Positions 1-12,050 of a stretch of 64,000 nucleotides of DNA are shown here, in pieces (position 1 is the first letter of the stretch; every line of letters starts with the position of its first letter). The translations under genes were made by a program, and so were the position numbers. Below the pieces are notes generated by a model. It was given only the letters and a program-made list of their open reading frames with translations, was not told the DNA's origin and searched no databases. Source of the DNA: Octopus vulgaris (lineage: Eukaryota); NCBI GenBank assembly GCA_951406725.2, contig OX597834.1, positions 20,460,001-20,524,000 of the forward strand, written 5' to 3'.

Positions 1-54
1 GTTGAGCACTCATTCTCATCATTTGACATTTACATATATGTGTGTGTGTGTACA

Positions 55-215
55 ACAGGCTTCTTTCAGTTTCCATCTATCAAATCCACTCACAAGGCTT
101 TGAGGATTTGGTTGGGTTATAGTAGAAGACACTTGCTCAAGGTGCTGTGCAGTGGAACTGAACCTGGAACCATGTGGTTGAGAAGCAAGCTTCTAACCAC
201 ACAGCTGCATCTACT
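55..215 (-). mobile_element. SINE family A (tRNA-derived, CORE-like), 5' half
   Basis: Reverse complement of the family A head seen at 9304 (GGCTGTGTGGT...GGTTCAGTCCC...CCTTGGGCAAGTGTC...GAAAGAAGCC). Confidence 0.85.
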
Positions 216-365
216 CCTATATGGATTTACTGTATCAGATCTATCATTTCTGTTTCTGAAAGCTGGCTGGGTGTAATGAAAAGGATTTGACTGATGTTTC
301 TAGCAAGGCAGGCAACTATATAGAGGTCCCCTTACTGCATGTGTGTTTGTGTGTGTGTGTGTGCG

Positions 366-397
<32 letters not shown>

Positions 398-1143
398 AAA
401 GAAAGACAGGGAGAGCATACAGGAGGCAGTATGAATGTATAAGACAAATAGAGACATGGTGTATATATGATGGAATTTGTGTGTGTGTGTCTATATGTGA
501 AATAGAGAGAGGGTGTGTGTAAGATAAAGTGAGGTTAAGTGTATGTGTAATAGAGAGAGGCTGTATGTGTGTGTGTGTGAGTGAGATAGAGACAGGATGT
601 ATGAGTAATAGAGATGGTGTGTGTGTGTATATGGGAAAAAGATGTAGTGTGTGTGTTTATGTATGTTTATATGAGAGGGTGTATGTGGATGTAATTGTCC
701 AAGAAGGTGTGTGTGTGTGTGTTTGTGTCTATATGTCTGTGTGTATGTGTGCCAGTGAAACAGAGAGAGAGAGAGAGAGAAGCAGGATGTGTGTGTGTGT
801 GTGCAGCATAAATGAAATGAAAAGAGAGAGAGAGAGGCAGTGTATGTGTGTATGTGTGAGAGAAGGCCTCGTGTGTTCAAGTGATTGGTTTTCTAAACTC
901 AATATGATAAATTTTCAGATTCCAAAAGATTCCCAAAGAAAAGGTAAAGGAAAAAGGATCACAAAAGGACAAAAACAAGAGCAAAAGAAAAAGGGAAAAA
1001 AAAAGACTCCAAAGCACTTGGAAGGAATGTAATTTGAAACCGAAATTCCCTGTTTGGTTGATGTTGATTGTAAAGTCTGAGAGAGTTAATACTTTCTGTA
1101 CCTGGGGGCTATCTTCGTCAGAGAGAATGAGAAAGAAGATGAT

Positions 1144-1191
<48 letters not shown>

Positions 1192-1495
1192 GTAACTGTG
1201 TGTGTGTGTGTGTGTGTGACACAGAGAGAGAGAGAGAGAGAGAGACTGACTGACTGACTGACTGACAGACAGACAGACAGACAGGTAGGTGGATAGATAG
1301 ACAGATACACAGATTGATTGGTAGATAGATATCCATGTAGGTTTGTGCATATGTGTGTGTGTGTGTGTGTGTGAAAGAGAGAGAGAGAGAGAGAGAAAGA
1401 AAGTGAGATGGAAAATTATGTGCATCAGAGAGATAAACAGTAACACACTTTGTGTGTGTGGGGAGGGGTAGAGTTAATAAAACAGAAACTGAAGA

Positions 1496-1532
<37 letters not shown>

Positions 1533-1615
1533 CATGTGGCCGTGAGAGAGAAAGAGGGAAAGAGAGAGAAAACAGATCATCTTTTTCTATATATTAATGG
1601 TTGAGTCATAACAGG

Positions 1616-1666
<51 letters not shown>

Positions 1667-1883
1667 AAAAGCCATAACAATTTGCAAGGCCTCCAAGGTA
1701 GGTGAAGGCACAATGGTTGAGGTTACCTTCATATCAGAGAACTGCTGGCTCGAATGATTGAACAGAGTGGACTCGTGGTGACCAGAGGGAGACCACGACC
1801 AGTGAAGTGTGAAACAACTCTAATTTCCCTGCCAGTTTGAGACGAAAAAAAAAAGGCAATTTTGCTAATTAATGATTCACCCA

Positions 1884-1926
<43 letters not shown>

Positions 1927-1983
1927 TATACATCATCATTAGCATTGTATATGTGTGTATGTATATCATGATACACACACACA

Positions 1984-2135
1984 TGTAGCACATAAGTGCA
2001 AAATAAGGTGGAGACAATTGTACTTGATTAGCAAAGGTAGAGCAGGGTATTATTTTATTGAAGCTGAAAGAAAAAATTCACAAACTGTTATTCAGAGTTT
2101 CACATAAGTCCTCATCAGACAATTGTGAGTATTTA
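1984..2135 (-). mobile_element. Short Penelope-like pLTR-type element (family H1) with hammerhead motif
   Basis: Alignable by eye to the reverse complement of 4070-4220; abuts (TA)n. Minus strand reads ATTGT-CTGATGA-GGACTTATGT-GAAA-CTCTGAA-TA-ACAGT. Confidence 0.65.
2083..2125 (-). ncRNA. Type I hammerhead ribozyme motif (decayed stems II/III)
   Basis: Canonical CUGAUGA and GAAA boxes followed by UA; stem I AUUGU/ACAGU. Confidence 0.6.
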
Positions 2136-2139
2136 GAAT

Positions 2140-2173
<34 letters not shown>

Positions 2174-2175
<2 letters not shown>

Positions 2176-2359
2176 TGTGTGTACCATTGGCGATTTTTTT
2201 TCCTCTGTCTTCCCTTCTCTGGATCTTTCCTTCTATGTTTCCGACGAAGAGCTCCGCTTGAAACATTAATTCCTCCTTCTCTCCTGAGCATCCAATAATA
2301 CTATATTTGTTCCACGTCCTCATGTTGTTGTGTTTTTTTGTGCTTTCATGTTTGGATTA

Positions 2360-2363
<4 letters not shown>
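2174..2363 (+). mobile_element. Short (TA)n-flanked element (family H2) with degenerate hammerhead at 2237-2270
   Basis: GTTT-CCGACGA-AGAGC tcc GCTT-GAAA-CATT; (TA)n on both sides; similar layout to 49040-49232. Confidence 0.55.
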
Positions 2364-2408
<45 letters not shown>

Positions 2409-2987
2409 TGGACACATTGGTATAATTTTACCTATAATCTCCAAGAAGGTAAAGAGATAGACAAAGAACATGAGGCCTTCACTTCAGCTTAGAAGTTACA
2501 AAGGTATCAAGAAGAAAGACTTGTTACGGATTTTGCTTGTCACTGTTTTATGGGGTCACTTTTAATTTATAGACTAGTTTTGTCAAATCTTTGTATACCT
2601 AAAGCCGAGAGAACAAGAAGCGGCCTTAGATTGCATCATTCAGTTAAATGGAGTTGCTTGAAACGATTGTACTGCATTATTACCTTTGGACATCCTTGTT
2701 GCTTATTTTGATTTTAATCACTTTATTTTGAAATTGTATTGATAATACCATACTAAATTTTGGGGCCTCAACTCAAGTACCATATTCATCTGAATCTATA
2801 TATTAAAATGGGGTAGTTTTGGTGAAGCATTGTGAGGGATAACTTTGAAGAACAGCAACTACTGTTATTCTGAATGTCCTGAAGAAGGTGTCTTCACCCC
2901 AAAATATAGAAATACAAGGTGAAACTGCAAATTTGTTCTGTTTTTTTTTCGTTTTGTAGTTTACTTTGTACATTCTGGTATTGTTCT

Positions 2988-3103
2988 CAAAAGGAACTCA
3001 GTCACCTTGCCTCCGTGAGGCCCAATGCTTGAAAGGAACTCAGCCACCTTGCCTCCGTGAGGCCCAACACTCGAAAGGAATTCAGCCATTTTGCCTCCAT
3101 GAG
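2988..3103. repeat. 42-bp tandem repeat, about 2.7 copies
   Basis: AAGGAACTCAGCCACCTTGCCTCCGTGAGGCCCAA unit starts at 2991, 3033 and 3075. Confidence 0.9.
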
Positions 3104-3112
3104 AGAGAGATA

Positions 3113-3270
3113 ATGGCATGGCTGTGTGGTTAAGCAGTTTGCTTCTCAACCACATGGTTTCAGGTTCAGTTTCATTGAGTGGCATGTTGGGCAGGTATCA
3201 TCTACTATAGTTCCAGGCCAACCGAAGCCTTATACATGGATTTGGTGGACAGAAATTGAAACATGCCTAT
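3113..3270 (+). mobile_element. SINE family A, 5' half (diverged)
   Basis: GGCATGGCTGTGTGGTTAAG...GGTTCAG...TTGGGCAGGTATC. Confidence 0.8.
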
Positions 3271-4007
3271 AATAGAGGTGTGCGTATGTGTGTTGTGTGT
3301 GTTTGTGCAATATACCATGAAAATATATTTCTTCATGGAGAAATATTCCTTTGCTTGGAAACAGGTGAAGTTTGGCAAGAGGAAGAGCATCCAGCGATGG
3401 AAAAATTTGCCTCAACAAATTTAATTTGACTCATGCAAGCATAGATATATGGACATCAAACAATAATGATGATGAAGATATCAAAAGCTGACAGTCTCCT
3501 CTGAGTTCCAATCCAAACTGGGTTGTACAATACAGTCAAGAACAGACCAGCTGGAGCCAAAATTGATAGGAAACAACTTTGATAGAATTTATATTTAGTT
3601 AACCACTCTGACGGTTTGTGTGTGTGTATCTGTGTGTGTGCTTCGTTATGGATAAAAGTGTTGTTTTTTTTGTGTATGTTTGTCTAGATATGCTTGTGTG
3701 TTTGTTTGTGTATTTGTGTGTGTGTGTGTGTGTGTGTGTAGTTCACTGGAAGCATATTTTAAAATGCAGGCAGTGGCAGAAAGTGCACGTTTGAGTTAAT
3801 TAGAATAATTAGAGAAGAAAATGAGAAAGAGCAAAAAAAAAAGACAGTTTTGTGTGTGTGTGTAGAGAGAGAGAGAGACAGACAGACAGAGAGGGAGAGC
3901 AAGATGCACAGATAGTCAGTTAGATAGATAGATAGATAGATAGATATATAGACAGATAGCTACATACATACATATATATATACTTTATTTAAAAGCAGCA
4001 GAAATTC

Positions 4008-4060
4008 AACAAAACCTGTTACTCGAAGTTTCACGTTTCCGTTCATTGGACAGTTTTGTT
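4008..4060 (-). ncRNA. Type I hammerhead ribozyme motif (antisense arm, core CCAAUGA)
   Basis: Minus strand: AACAAAACUGU-CCAAUGA-ACGGAAACGU-GAAA-CUUCGAG-UA-ACAGGUUUUGUU. Confidence 0.65.
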
Positions 4061-4068
4061 AAAATTTT

Positions 4069-4122
4069 AACAAAACCTGTCCGACGAACGGAAACGTGAA
4101 ACTTCGAGTAATAGGTTTTGTT
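4069..4122 (+). ncRNA. Type I hammerhead ribozyme motif
   Basis: Stem I AACAAAACCUGU/AUAGGUUUUGUU (12 bp), core CCGACGA (U4C variant), stem II ACG-GAAA-CGU, GAAA, stem III CU-UCG-AG, GUA cleavage triplet. Confidence 0.75.
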
Positions 4123-5060
4123 GAATTTCTGCTGCTTTTAAATAAAGCATATTACTCTACCTCTGGTATTTGAGTACTCTTCTTTTGCACCTTGTTTCAC
4201 ATTTATGTGTTTACTACGGTATATATATATATATATACATATATATACATACATAGTAAATAGACAAACGGATAGATACATAGATAGATAGGCAGAAGGA
4301 CAGATGGACAGACTGATAAACAGACACACAGACAGACAGCCACACAAATTGAGTGATATATATAAACAGATTGATAGACAGTTACATATATATATATATA
4401 CATATATATATACAGAGAGAAATGGAGATAGATAGATAGGCGGGTTGATTTTGTGTGAATGTAAGAGAGAGAGAGAAAGTTATTAGAGTAAATAGAAAGA
4501 AAGACAGAGCAAAAGAGAATGCAATGACAGGAGTGGGTGTCTGGCCAGTCTGCAGCAGTGGTATCTTTCTTCCAAGCTGCCAAGTGGATAAGAGATTAGT
4601 CACTGGTGTTGATTGCAGGTGGGAGAGGAACCTTCATTGGATTGGAATATCAAGGACGATGGGGGATGATGGGACTTTGGAGAGGATGATGCGATATTGC
4701 GGATGTTGAAGATGTTGCGGATGCCCAGAGGTGGGGACAGACATAAGTGAAGTGAAACTGATGACGAATGAGAATATGATGATGGCTGTTTGTATCAACA
4801 TTACTAACACCTCCTCTTGCAAAGCAATCCTTCTGCAATCAGACAGGTAAAGGGATTGGCAGCAGAGAATGAGGGTCAAGAGTATTGTTAGTATTATTAT
4901 TATCATTATTGTTATTATTACGATCATCAACATTATTATCATTTATTATTAATTATTATCATTACTATGATTATTATTATTATTATTATCATTATTATTA
5001 TTATTATTATTATTATCATTATTATTATTATTATTATTATTTTTATTTTTATTTTTATTA

Positions 5061-5260
5061 AGGTGGTGAGCTGGCAGAATCTGGGCAAAATGCTTAGGCT
5101 GTAGTTTGTCCATCCTTACATTCTGAGTTCAAATTCTTCTGGGGTCAATTTTCATTCTTTCATTCTTTCAGGGTTGATAAATTAAGTACCAGTGAAATAC
5201 TGGGGGTCAATGTAATTGACTTGTCCCCTCACACAAGCTGCCTTTGTGGCAGAAATTTGA
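5061..5260 (+). mobile_element. SINE family B (diverged)
   Basis: GGTGAGCTGGCAGAA...CTGAGTTCAAATT...GATAAATTAAGTACCAG. Confidence 0.8.
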
Positions 5261-5318
5261 AAAAAATTATTATCAACATTTTTATTATTTATTATCATTA
5301 TTATTATTATAATTATTG

Positions 5319-5858
5319 AGTGAGAGAGCAGTGCATGCCATCAAAGTGACATTGGGGTAAAATATACGAAGCCCAGTATACCCATCATAACTACCCATCT
5401 GATAAGGGTACACCAGGCACATGCATTGCAACCATATGTACATGACATGGTGATCTCATATGAATACAAACAGCAGATGATCTTACCGGTAGGGCCCAGT
5501 TAGAATTTTCCATCCCGCTCAAGATATCCCTGAATGAAGGTTGTTTAAGGATGTTGAACAAAACACCCATGGTTCCAGAGGTGAACTATCCAAACTCCAA
5601 AGAATTCCTCTCAACACATGGCTATGATGCTCTCCCACTACATCTGCTCATGATCAGAGATGCACATATCGTCAGCCACTAAAGGACATGGTCAACTGGT
5701 TAAGGTCAAACAACTGACAAGCAAATCTGTGGTATTGAGCAGAATATTTGCTGTAACCTATCTTTTATACTAAGACGAAACAATGTACATGATAACACTT
5801 TCAATCAGTTAAGATAAGAAGCCATGAGAGCCACCACTGCCTGGTACTGCATCAGAAC

Positions 5859-5862
<4 letters not shown>
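5319..5862. mobile_element. Unclassified ~540-bp interspersed insertion within an (ATT)n tract
   Basis: Complex sequence bounded on both sides by (ATT)n; no intact ORF. Confidence 0.45.
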
Positions 5863-5906
<44 letters not shown>

Positions 5907-6191
5907 TTTTATCTCTATTTTTTCCTTTGAGATGAAACCGGAATTGAATAATCCCTCCCCGCCTTTGTCTAGAATTGCCATTTAATTACTTATTGCAATG
6001 ACAGAGGCTGTGCACTGGTAGAGGAGAGGTGGGAGGGTGAGATAAAGAAGTGGAGGAGGAGGCGGAGGAATGCAGTGAAGTATGGTGCAGTGAAGTGCAG
6101 CACAGTGCAGCAGTGTATTTTAAAACAAGGAATTGTCTGGGTTGGCTGCCAGCAAGAGGGAAATAAGTTTGCCAGAAAAATAAATGAATAA

Positions 6192-6264
<73 letters not shown>

Positions 6265-6279
6265 TATATATATATATAC

Positions 6280-6325
<46 letters not shown>

Positions 6326-6711
6326 TTGTTGCAAGTTGGTGTGGTGCGGAAGATGGAGTGATGGGAGGAGTTGTCTGGTAGAGGGGGGTGCATGCCTGTT
6401 TAGAGGTGGGATAGTTTGCACCCCACCAATGCTATTTTTGCCTAGCTTCTTCTTCTATCACAATGTTTTGTTGCAGTTGTTGTTGTTGTTTTACTTCTTT
6501 TTCTCCTGAAGGTTCGGTTCTCTCTCTCTTACTCTCTCTCTTTCTGTCTGTATTATGTATTAGCTGTACATGTGCACACACATACAAACACACAAACTTA
6601 CACATACATATATGCATGTGTGTATACATCATCGTCTTTTAATGTCCGTTTTCCCCATTTATCATAAATAAATAAATTTATACAAATCTCTCTCTCGCTC
6701 TATCTCTCTTT

Positions 6712-6761
<50 letters not shown>

Positions 6762-7040
6762 CATAGTTATAAACATATATATATGTGTGCATGTGAGTGT
6801 GTGAGTGTGTATTTGAGTGCATGTTAGATTGTGTATATATGTATGTTGATATGTATAAATATATATATTTGTGTATATATATATGTATGTGCATGCATAT
6901 ATATATATATACACATATATATATATTTCTATATATGTATATATATCAAAGTACATACACATGCATTGTTGCTCTCAGGCATATCTGTCAATCTAAATGT
7001 GTATACGTATGTGTGTATATATATACATATATATACATAT

Positions 7041-7084
<44 letters not shown>

Positions 7085-7633
7085 TGTATGTTTAAGTGAC
7101 TGGTTTTGATGCGCATACAAAAGCCAATGAGTCGATGTATCCACCCAGACACCCCACTAATGCTTTCCTAGTGATCATGCTTATATATTGGAGCAAATAT
7201 ACACACCTGAGCAAATTAGGGCTCAGACTGTGGATGAATACTGCCATGACCACCACCACCGCCACCACCACCCTGGCACTACTGCTCTAACCCTCCATCT
7301 AAATTACATATAGCAGCCATATTGAGATTTACTATCCCCACCCTGCCGTGTCCCTCCCCCACCTCATTTCTTTGACTCCTTTCTGTAAACAGACAGTTAC
7401 AGGTTTAATGAAACATTTTCCTGTCTCCACACAACAAATATAGTCATACGATGTATACATGTATGTCTTTGTGCATGTGTTCCAAGATAAACTGTTTCAC
7501 ACATGTATATATATATACACACACACATCCATATGTATATATCATCATCATCTTCATTTAATGTCTATCTTCCATGCTGGCATGGGTTAGACTATACATA
7601 TGTATATATACATACATACATATATATATATAT

Positions 7634-8038
7634 CATCATCATCATCGTTTAACATCCACTTTCCATGCTAGCATGGGTTGGACGATTTTGACTGAGGGCT
7701 GGCGAGCCAGATGGCTGCACCAGGCTCCAATCTTGATCTGGCTGAGTTTCTACAGCTGGATGCCCTTCCTAACGCCAACCACTTCGAGAGTGTAGTGGGT
7801 GCTTTTTTTGTGCTACCGGCACGGGGGCCAGTCAGGCGGTACTGGCAATGACCTCGCTCGAATCTTTTTACACATGCCAGCGAAGCGACGTTGGTAACGA
7901 TCACGCTCGAATGGTGCCCTTTTATGTGCCACAGGTACGGAAGCCAGTTGACTGCTCTGGCAACGATCACGCTCGGATGGTGCTCTTGGCACCCTACTAG
8001 CACAGGCATGAGCGCCAGTAAGGCGACGCTGGTAATCA
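7634..8038 (-). mobile_element. 5'-truncated RTE LINE 3' UTR with (GAT)n tail and hairpin-repeat array
   Basis: Matches 57749-57950 (CATCATCGTTTAAC...CCATGCTAGCATGGGTTGGACG...GGATGCCCTTCCTAACGCCAACCAC); TA tract at the tail. Confidence 0.9.
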
Positions 8039-8444
8039 ATATATGTATGTATGTATATAAGGAGAGTAAAATTCCTGACATCCACGGACGAGTTCCCTCC
8101 AGTGGTCCTTACCCCTCATCATCACTGCCACGTCCTGTGTCTGTCCATAATGCATTAACATATGTGTCATCCTCGGTCTCTCTCTTCTATATTGTCCATG
8201 GGGCATTGAGTGCCTGTATCAATTCTGAATGATGGTGAGCATGTCTAGCTAACCTCAGTCTCCTCAGTGTTATATTTGAGCTAACTTTATCATCCTCGCT
8301 TTCGTATACATTCGCTGTTTTCTTCTAAGGAATCTAATGCTCTTAGCTTAGTTTTTCCTTGGGGTTGGCGAGATTGGTATCGCCCTTTGGGATGTTTTGC
8401 ATTCCTGTCCCATTTTGTATTTTATATATATATATATATATATA

Positions 8445-8842
8445 GGCACAGGAGTGGCTGTGTGGTAAGTAGCTTGCTTACCAACCACATGGTTCCTGGT
8501 TCAGTCCCACTGCGTGGCACCTTGGGCGAGTGTCTTCTGCTATAGTCTCGGGCCGACCAAAGCCTTGTGAGTGGATTTGGTAGACGGAAACTGAAAGAAG
8601 CCCGTCGTATATATGTATATGTGTGTGCATGTATGTTTGTGTGTCTGTGTCTATACCCCTAGCATTGCTTGACAACCGATGCTGGTGTGTTTATGTCCCT
8701 GTCACTTAGCGGTTCGGCAAAAGAGACTGATAGAGTAAGTACTGGGTTTACAAAGTATAAGTCCGTGGGGTCGAGTTGCTCGATTAAAGGCGGTGCTCCA
8801 GCTTGGTCGCAGTCAAATGACTGAAACAAGAAAAAGAGTTAA

Positions 8843-8844
<2 letters not shown>
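8445..8844 (+). mobile_element. SINE family A, full length
   Basis: tRNA-like A/B boxes (TGGCTGTGTGGT / GGTTCAGTCCC), CORE-like CCTTGGGC(A/G)AGTG, internal (TA)/(TG) tract, AAAAGAGT tail. Confidence 0.92.
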
Positions 8845-8893
<49 letters not shown>

Positions 8894-8938
8894 TTAAAGT
8901 AGAAGTGTTTGAGTCATCCTGAGGAAAACTCATGTATC

Positions 8939-8987
<49 letters not shown>

Positions 8988-8988
<1 letters not shown>

Positions 8989-9231
8989 AACCCAAGATTC
9001 TGAGTTCGAATTCAAGCAGTGACCTGAATAATAATAATAATAATAACATAAAAAAATACCTTAGGAATGAGAACCCAAGGTTCAAAATTTTCCCAAAACA
9101 CCTGATGAAGGCTGGAGGGTATATCAGCTGAAAGTTGTGTTAACAACAAAGAAAATGAGGACAAATATCTGTCAAATGTAAATAATGTAAATAATGCACA
9201 TAATTCCTCGTATCTTAAGTATAGAACTGTA
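8988..9231 (+). mobile_element. tRNA-like-head + hammerhead element (family H3), 5'-truncated
   Basis: Second copy at 17733-18024; B-box-like GAGTTCGAATTC, (TAA)n linker, hammerhead at 9097-9141. Confidence 0.75.
9097..9141 (+). ncRNA. Minimal type I hammerhead motif
   Basis: AACAC-CUGAUGA-A-GGCUG gagggtatat CAGCU-GAAA-GUU-GUGUU; stem III almost absent. Confidence 0.65.
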
Positions 9232-9303
9232 TATTTATTTTATTATAAATGCAAACCAACACCATGGAGGAATTTACTGAAATTTAAATAATAAACTGCA
9301 ACA

Positions 9304-9474
9304 GGCGCAGGAGTGGCTGTGTGGTAAGTAGCTTGTTTACCAACTACATGGTTCCGGGTTCAGTCCCACTGCGTGGCACCTTGGGCAAACGTCTTCTACT
9401 ATAGCCTCGGGCCGACCAAAGCCTTGTGAGTGGATTTGGTAGACGGAAACTGAAAGAAGCCCATCGTATATATG

Positions 9475-9505
<31 letters not shown>

Positions 9506-9718
9506 TTGTGTGTCTCTGTTTGTCCCCCTAGCATTGCTTGACAACCGATGGAGGTGTGTTTGCGTCCCTGTTACTTAGTGGTTCAGCAAAAGAGACCGAT
9601 AGAATAAGTACTGGGCTTACAAAAGAATAAGTCCCGGGGTCGAGTTGCTCGATTAAAGGCAGTGCTCCAGCATGGCCGCAGTCAAATGACTGAGACAAGT
9701 AAAAGAGTATAAGAGTAG
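9304..9718 (+). mobile_element. SINE family A, full length, young
   Basis: GGCGCAGGAGTGGCTGTGTGGTAAG through GACTGAGACAAGTAAAAGAGT; many CpGs retained. Confidence 0.95.
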
Positions 9719-9764
9719 AGGTGAACCGCAATATGGCGAGGGATTACTGAATAGTTATAGAAGA

Positions 9765-9920
9765 GGCTTCTTTCAGTTTCCATCTACCAACTCCTCTCAC
9801 AATGCTTCAGTGGGCCCTGGGGCTATAACAGTAGAAACTTGGCCAAAGTACGACTCATTGGGACTGAACCCAGAACCATGTGGTTGGGAAGCAGACTTCT
9901 TACCACACAGCCACACCCAA
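9765..9920 (-). mobile_element. SINE family A, 5' half
   Basis: GGCTTCTTTCAGTTTCCATCTACC...GGGACTGAACCCAGAACCATG...CCACACAGCCAC. Confidence 0.8.
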
Positions 9921-10254
9921 ACACACACTCATACAAACATACCTGGAGTGTTGGCCATTTCAACTAGGATTTCCTCCCCCTCCTCTTCGTATGACTCCCT
10001 ACCCCTGCCCTCACACATTGATATCGTTTCCTTGTATCTGCCTCAGTACTCCACGCCTGAGTGAGTGCATATTGCTCGTCGAGGTTTACTCACTCCGGAG
10101 TGTTAATATCTAAATCTGTCGCTTATATGCATGTTGCCGGAGGAGGTCGGTCGAAGAGGGAAAATAGAGATGTGTGTCATGTCTGTGTGTACCTTGGGGT
10201 GTGTGGGGGGGGATGTGGTTTCGGCAGGGGAGGAGAAGAATCAGTGACTAGCCA

Positions 10255-11053
10255 GTGGTGGTGGTGATGGTTATGGTGGAAGTGGTGATAGTGGTGGTGG
10301 TGGTGGTGTTGGAGGTGGCTGATGTGCTGGTGGCAGCAAGCGTGGTGGTGTGGGTGAAGTAGTAGTTTTGATGGTGGTGGTGGTGGTGGTGGTGGTGGTG
10401 GTGGTGGCGGTGGTGGTGGTGGTGGTGCAGTTGCAGATATTGGAATGGTAGGAGCAATGTTGGTGTCCGTGGAAGCAATAATTGTTGTGGTGATAATTGT
10501 GGTGGCGATGGTGTTGGTGGTGCCAGTGTTGGAGGTAGAATTGGTGATGGTGGTGGTGGTGGTGGTGGTGGTAATAGTAGTAGTGACAGTGGTGGTGGTG
10601 GTGGTGATGATCATTGTAGTAATGATGATGATGATGACGATGATGATAAACGTGATGATTCTGGTGATGCTGCTGCTGATGATGATGATGGTATGGTGGT
10701 GGTGGTGGTGGTGGTGGTGGTGGTGGTGTCAGTGGTGCATTTGATGATATTGGTGTCATTGTGGTTGTAGTGATGTTCCGGGAAGCAGTAGCTGTTGTTG
10801 GTGTTACTGGGTGGTAGTGAGGGTGAAATCTTAATTGGGGTGTTGTTGTTGGTGGTGGTGGTGGCAGTTGAGGATATTGAAATGCTAGTGGTAGGGGTGG
10901 CATCAGTAGAAGTGTTAAGTGTTGTTCTTGTTCTTGGGGGTAGTGGTCACAGCAGTGGTGATGGTAATGGTGGAAGTAGTAGTAGTGATGGTGGTGTTAC
11001 CGATGTTTGTACTGGTGGTGGTGTTACTGATGGTAGAGATGGTGATGGTGGTG

Positions 11054-11085
<32 letters not shown>

Positions 11086-11095
11086 GGTGGTAGTA
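10255..11095. repeat. Cryptic (GGT)n/(GAT)n trinucleotide field
   Basis: Degenerate GGT/GAT/GTT triplets; source of the poly-Val/Thr/His/Pro ORFs. Confidence 0.9.
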
Positions 11096-11719
11096 AGTAG
11101 AAATATGGAGGAAGGAAGGTGTGCTGTTCAGGATGGCAGGTGGGGGCTGCACAAGCAAGGGAGAAGGGTTCCACTGACTGGCTTGTTGATGAAAGTCTGA
11201 GGGAGTCTGGCAGGGTTGAGAGTCTTGATGTAGGCAGGTAGGGTAAGCAGGAGATCAAATAAGAAGAGCTGACGGCAAGAGGAAGAAGGTGAGGCAGGTC
11301 GGTCGTAAGAAACAAATTAAAGACTGATGGTTTGTGTATGGGGTAGACGGGTGGGGAGTGGTAGACTGTGTTGTTGTTGTTGTTGTTGTTGTTGTTGTGG
11401 TGGTGGTGTTGTGATGGAATGGGACAGGCAAATATGGTAAGGGTAAAGAGGGTGAAAAGGGAGAGGGATTAGAAAATATTGCAAATATTGTAAAATATAT
11501 ATCTTCTGGGTCACAATAGCGTCTTCACTTCCAGTTTCACCCCCACCATCACCACCACCACCACCACCACCATCATCTCTATCATCTCCACCGCCACCAT
11601 CATCAACCACCCCCAAAACTGCCTCCAACATGTCTTTAATATGTATGCATGCATGTAGATATATATATGTATACATATATGTATATATAAAGAGAGAGAG
11701 AGACAGACAGACACTCAGC

Positions 11720-11731
11720 TAGATAGATAGG

Positions 11732-11819
<88 letters not shown>

Positions 11820-11822
11820 CAG
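11720..11822. repeat. (GATA)n tetranucleotide microsatellite
   Basis: Near-perfect TAGA run. Confidence 0.95.
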
Positions 11823-11825
11823 ATA

Positions 11826-12050
11826 GGCGCAGGAGTGGCTGTGTGGTAAGTAGCTTGCTTACCAACCACATGGTTCCGGGTTCAGTCCCACTGCATGGCA
11901 TCTTCGGCAAGTGTCTTCTACTATAGCCTCGGGCCGACCAAAGCCTTGTAAGTGGATTTGGTAGACGCAAACTGAAAGAAGCCCGTCGTATATATGTATA
12001 TATATATGTGTGTGTGTGTATGTTTGTGTGTCTGTGTTTGTCCCCACACC
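11826..12050 (+). mobile_element. SINE family A, 3'-truncated
   Basis: Same head as 9304. Confidence 0.9.

Larger units (their letters stand above)
3983..4220. mobile_element. Fold-back Penelope-like element (family H1): ~166-bp palindrome 3983-4148 with hammerhead motifs on both strands
   Basis: Arms 3983-4064 and 4065-4148 are near-perfect reverse complements with no loop; flanked by (TA)n on both sides. Confidence 0.8.

Noticed and set aside
919-1032. Lys-rich putative terminal exon after TTTTCAG
   Set aside because: A-rich low-complexity sequence with no recognisable homology; cannot be supported without transcript data.
2875-2915. CTGAAGA-AGGTG..CACC hammerhead-like start (a similar weak case lies at about 19785-19820, minus strand)
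   Set aside because: The GAAA box and/or stem I are not preserved; too decayed to call.
8445-8520. tRNA genes at SINE heads
   Set aside because: A/B boxes are present but there is no complete cloverleaf, and the heads continue into SINE bodies.
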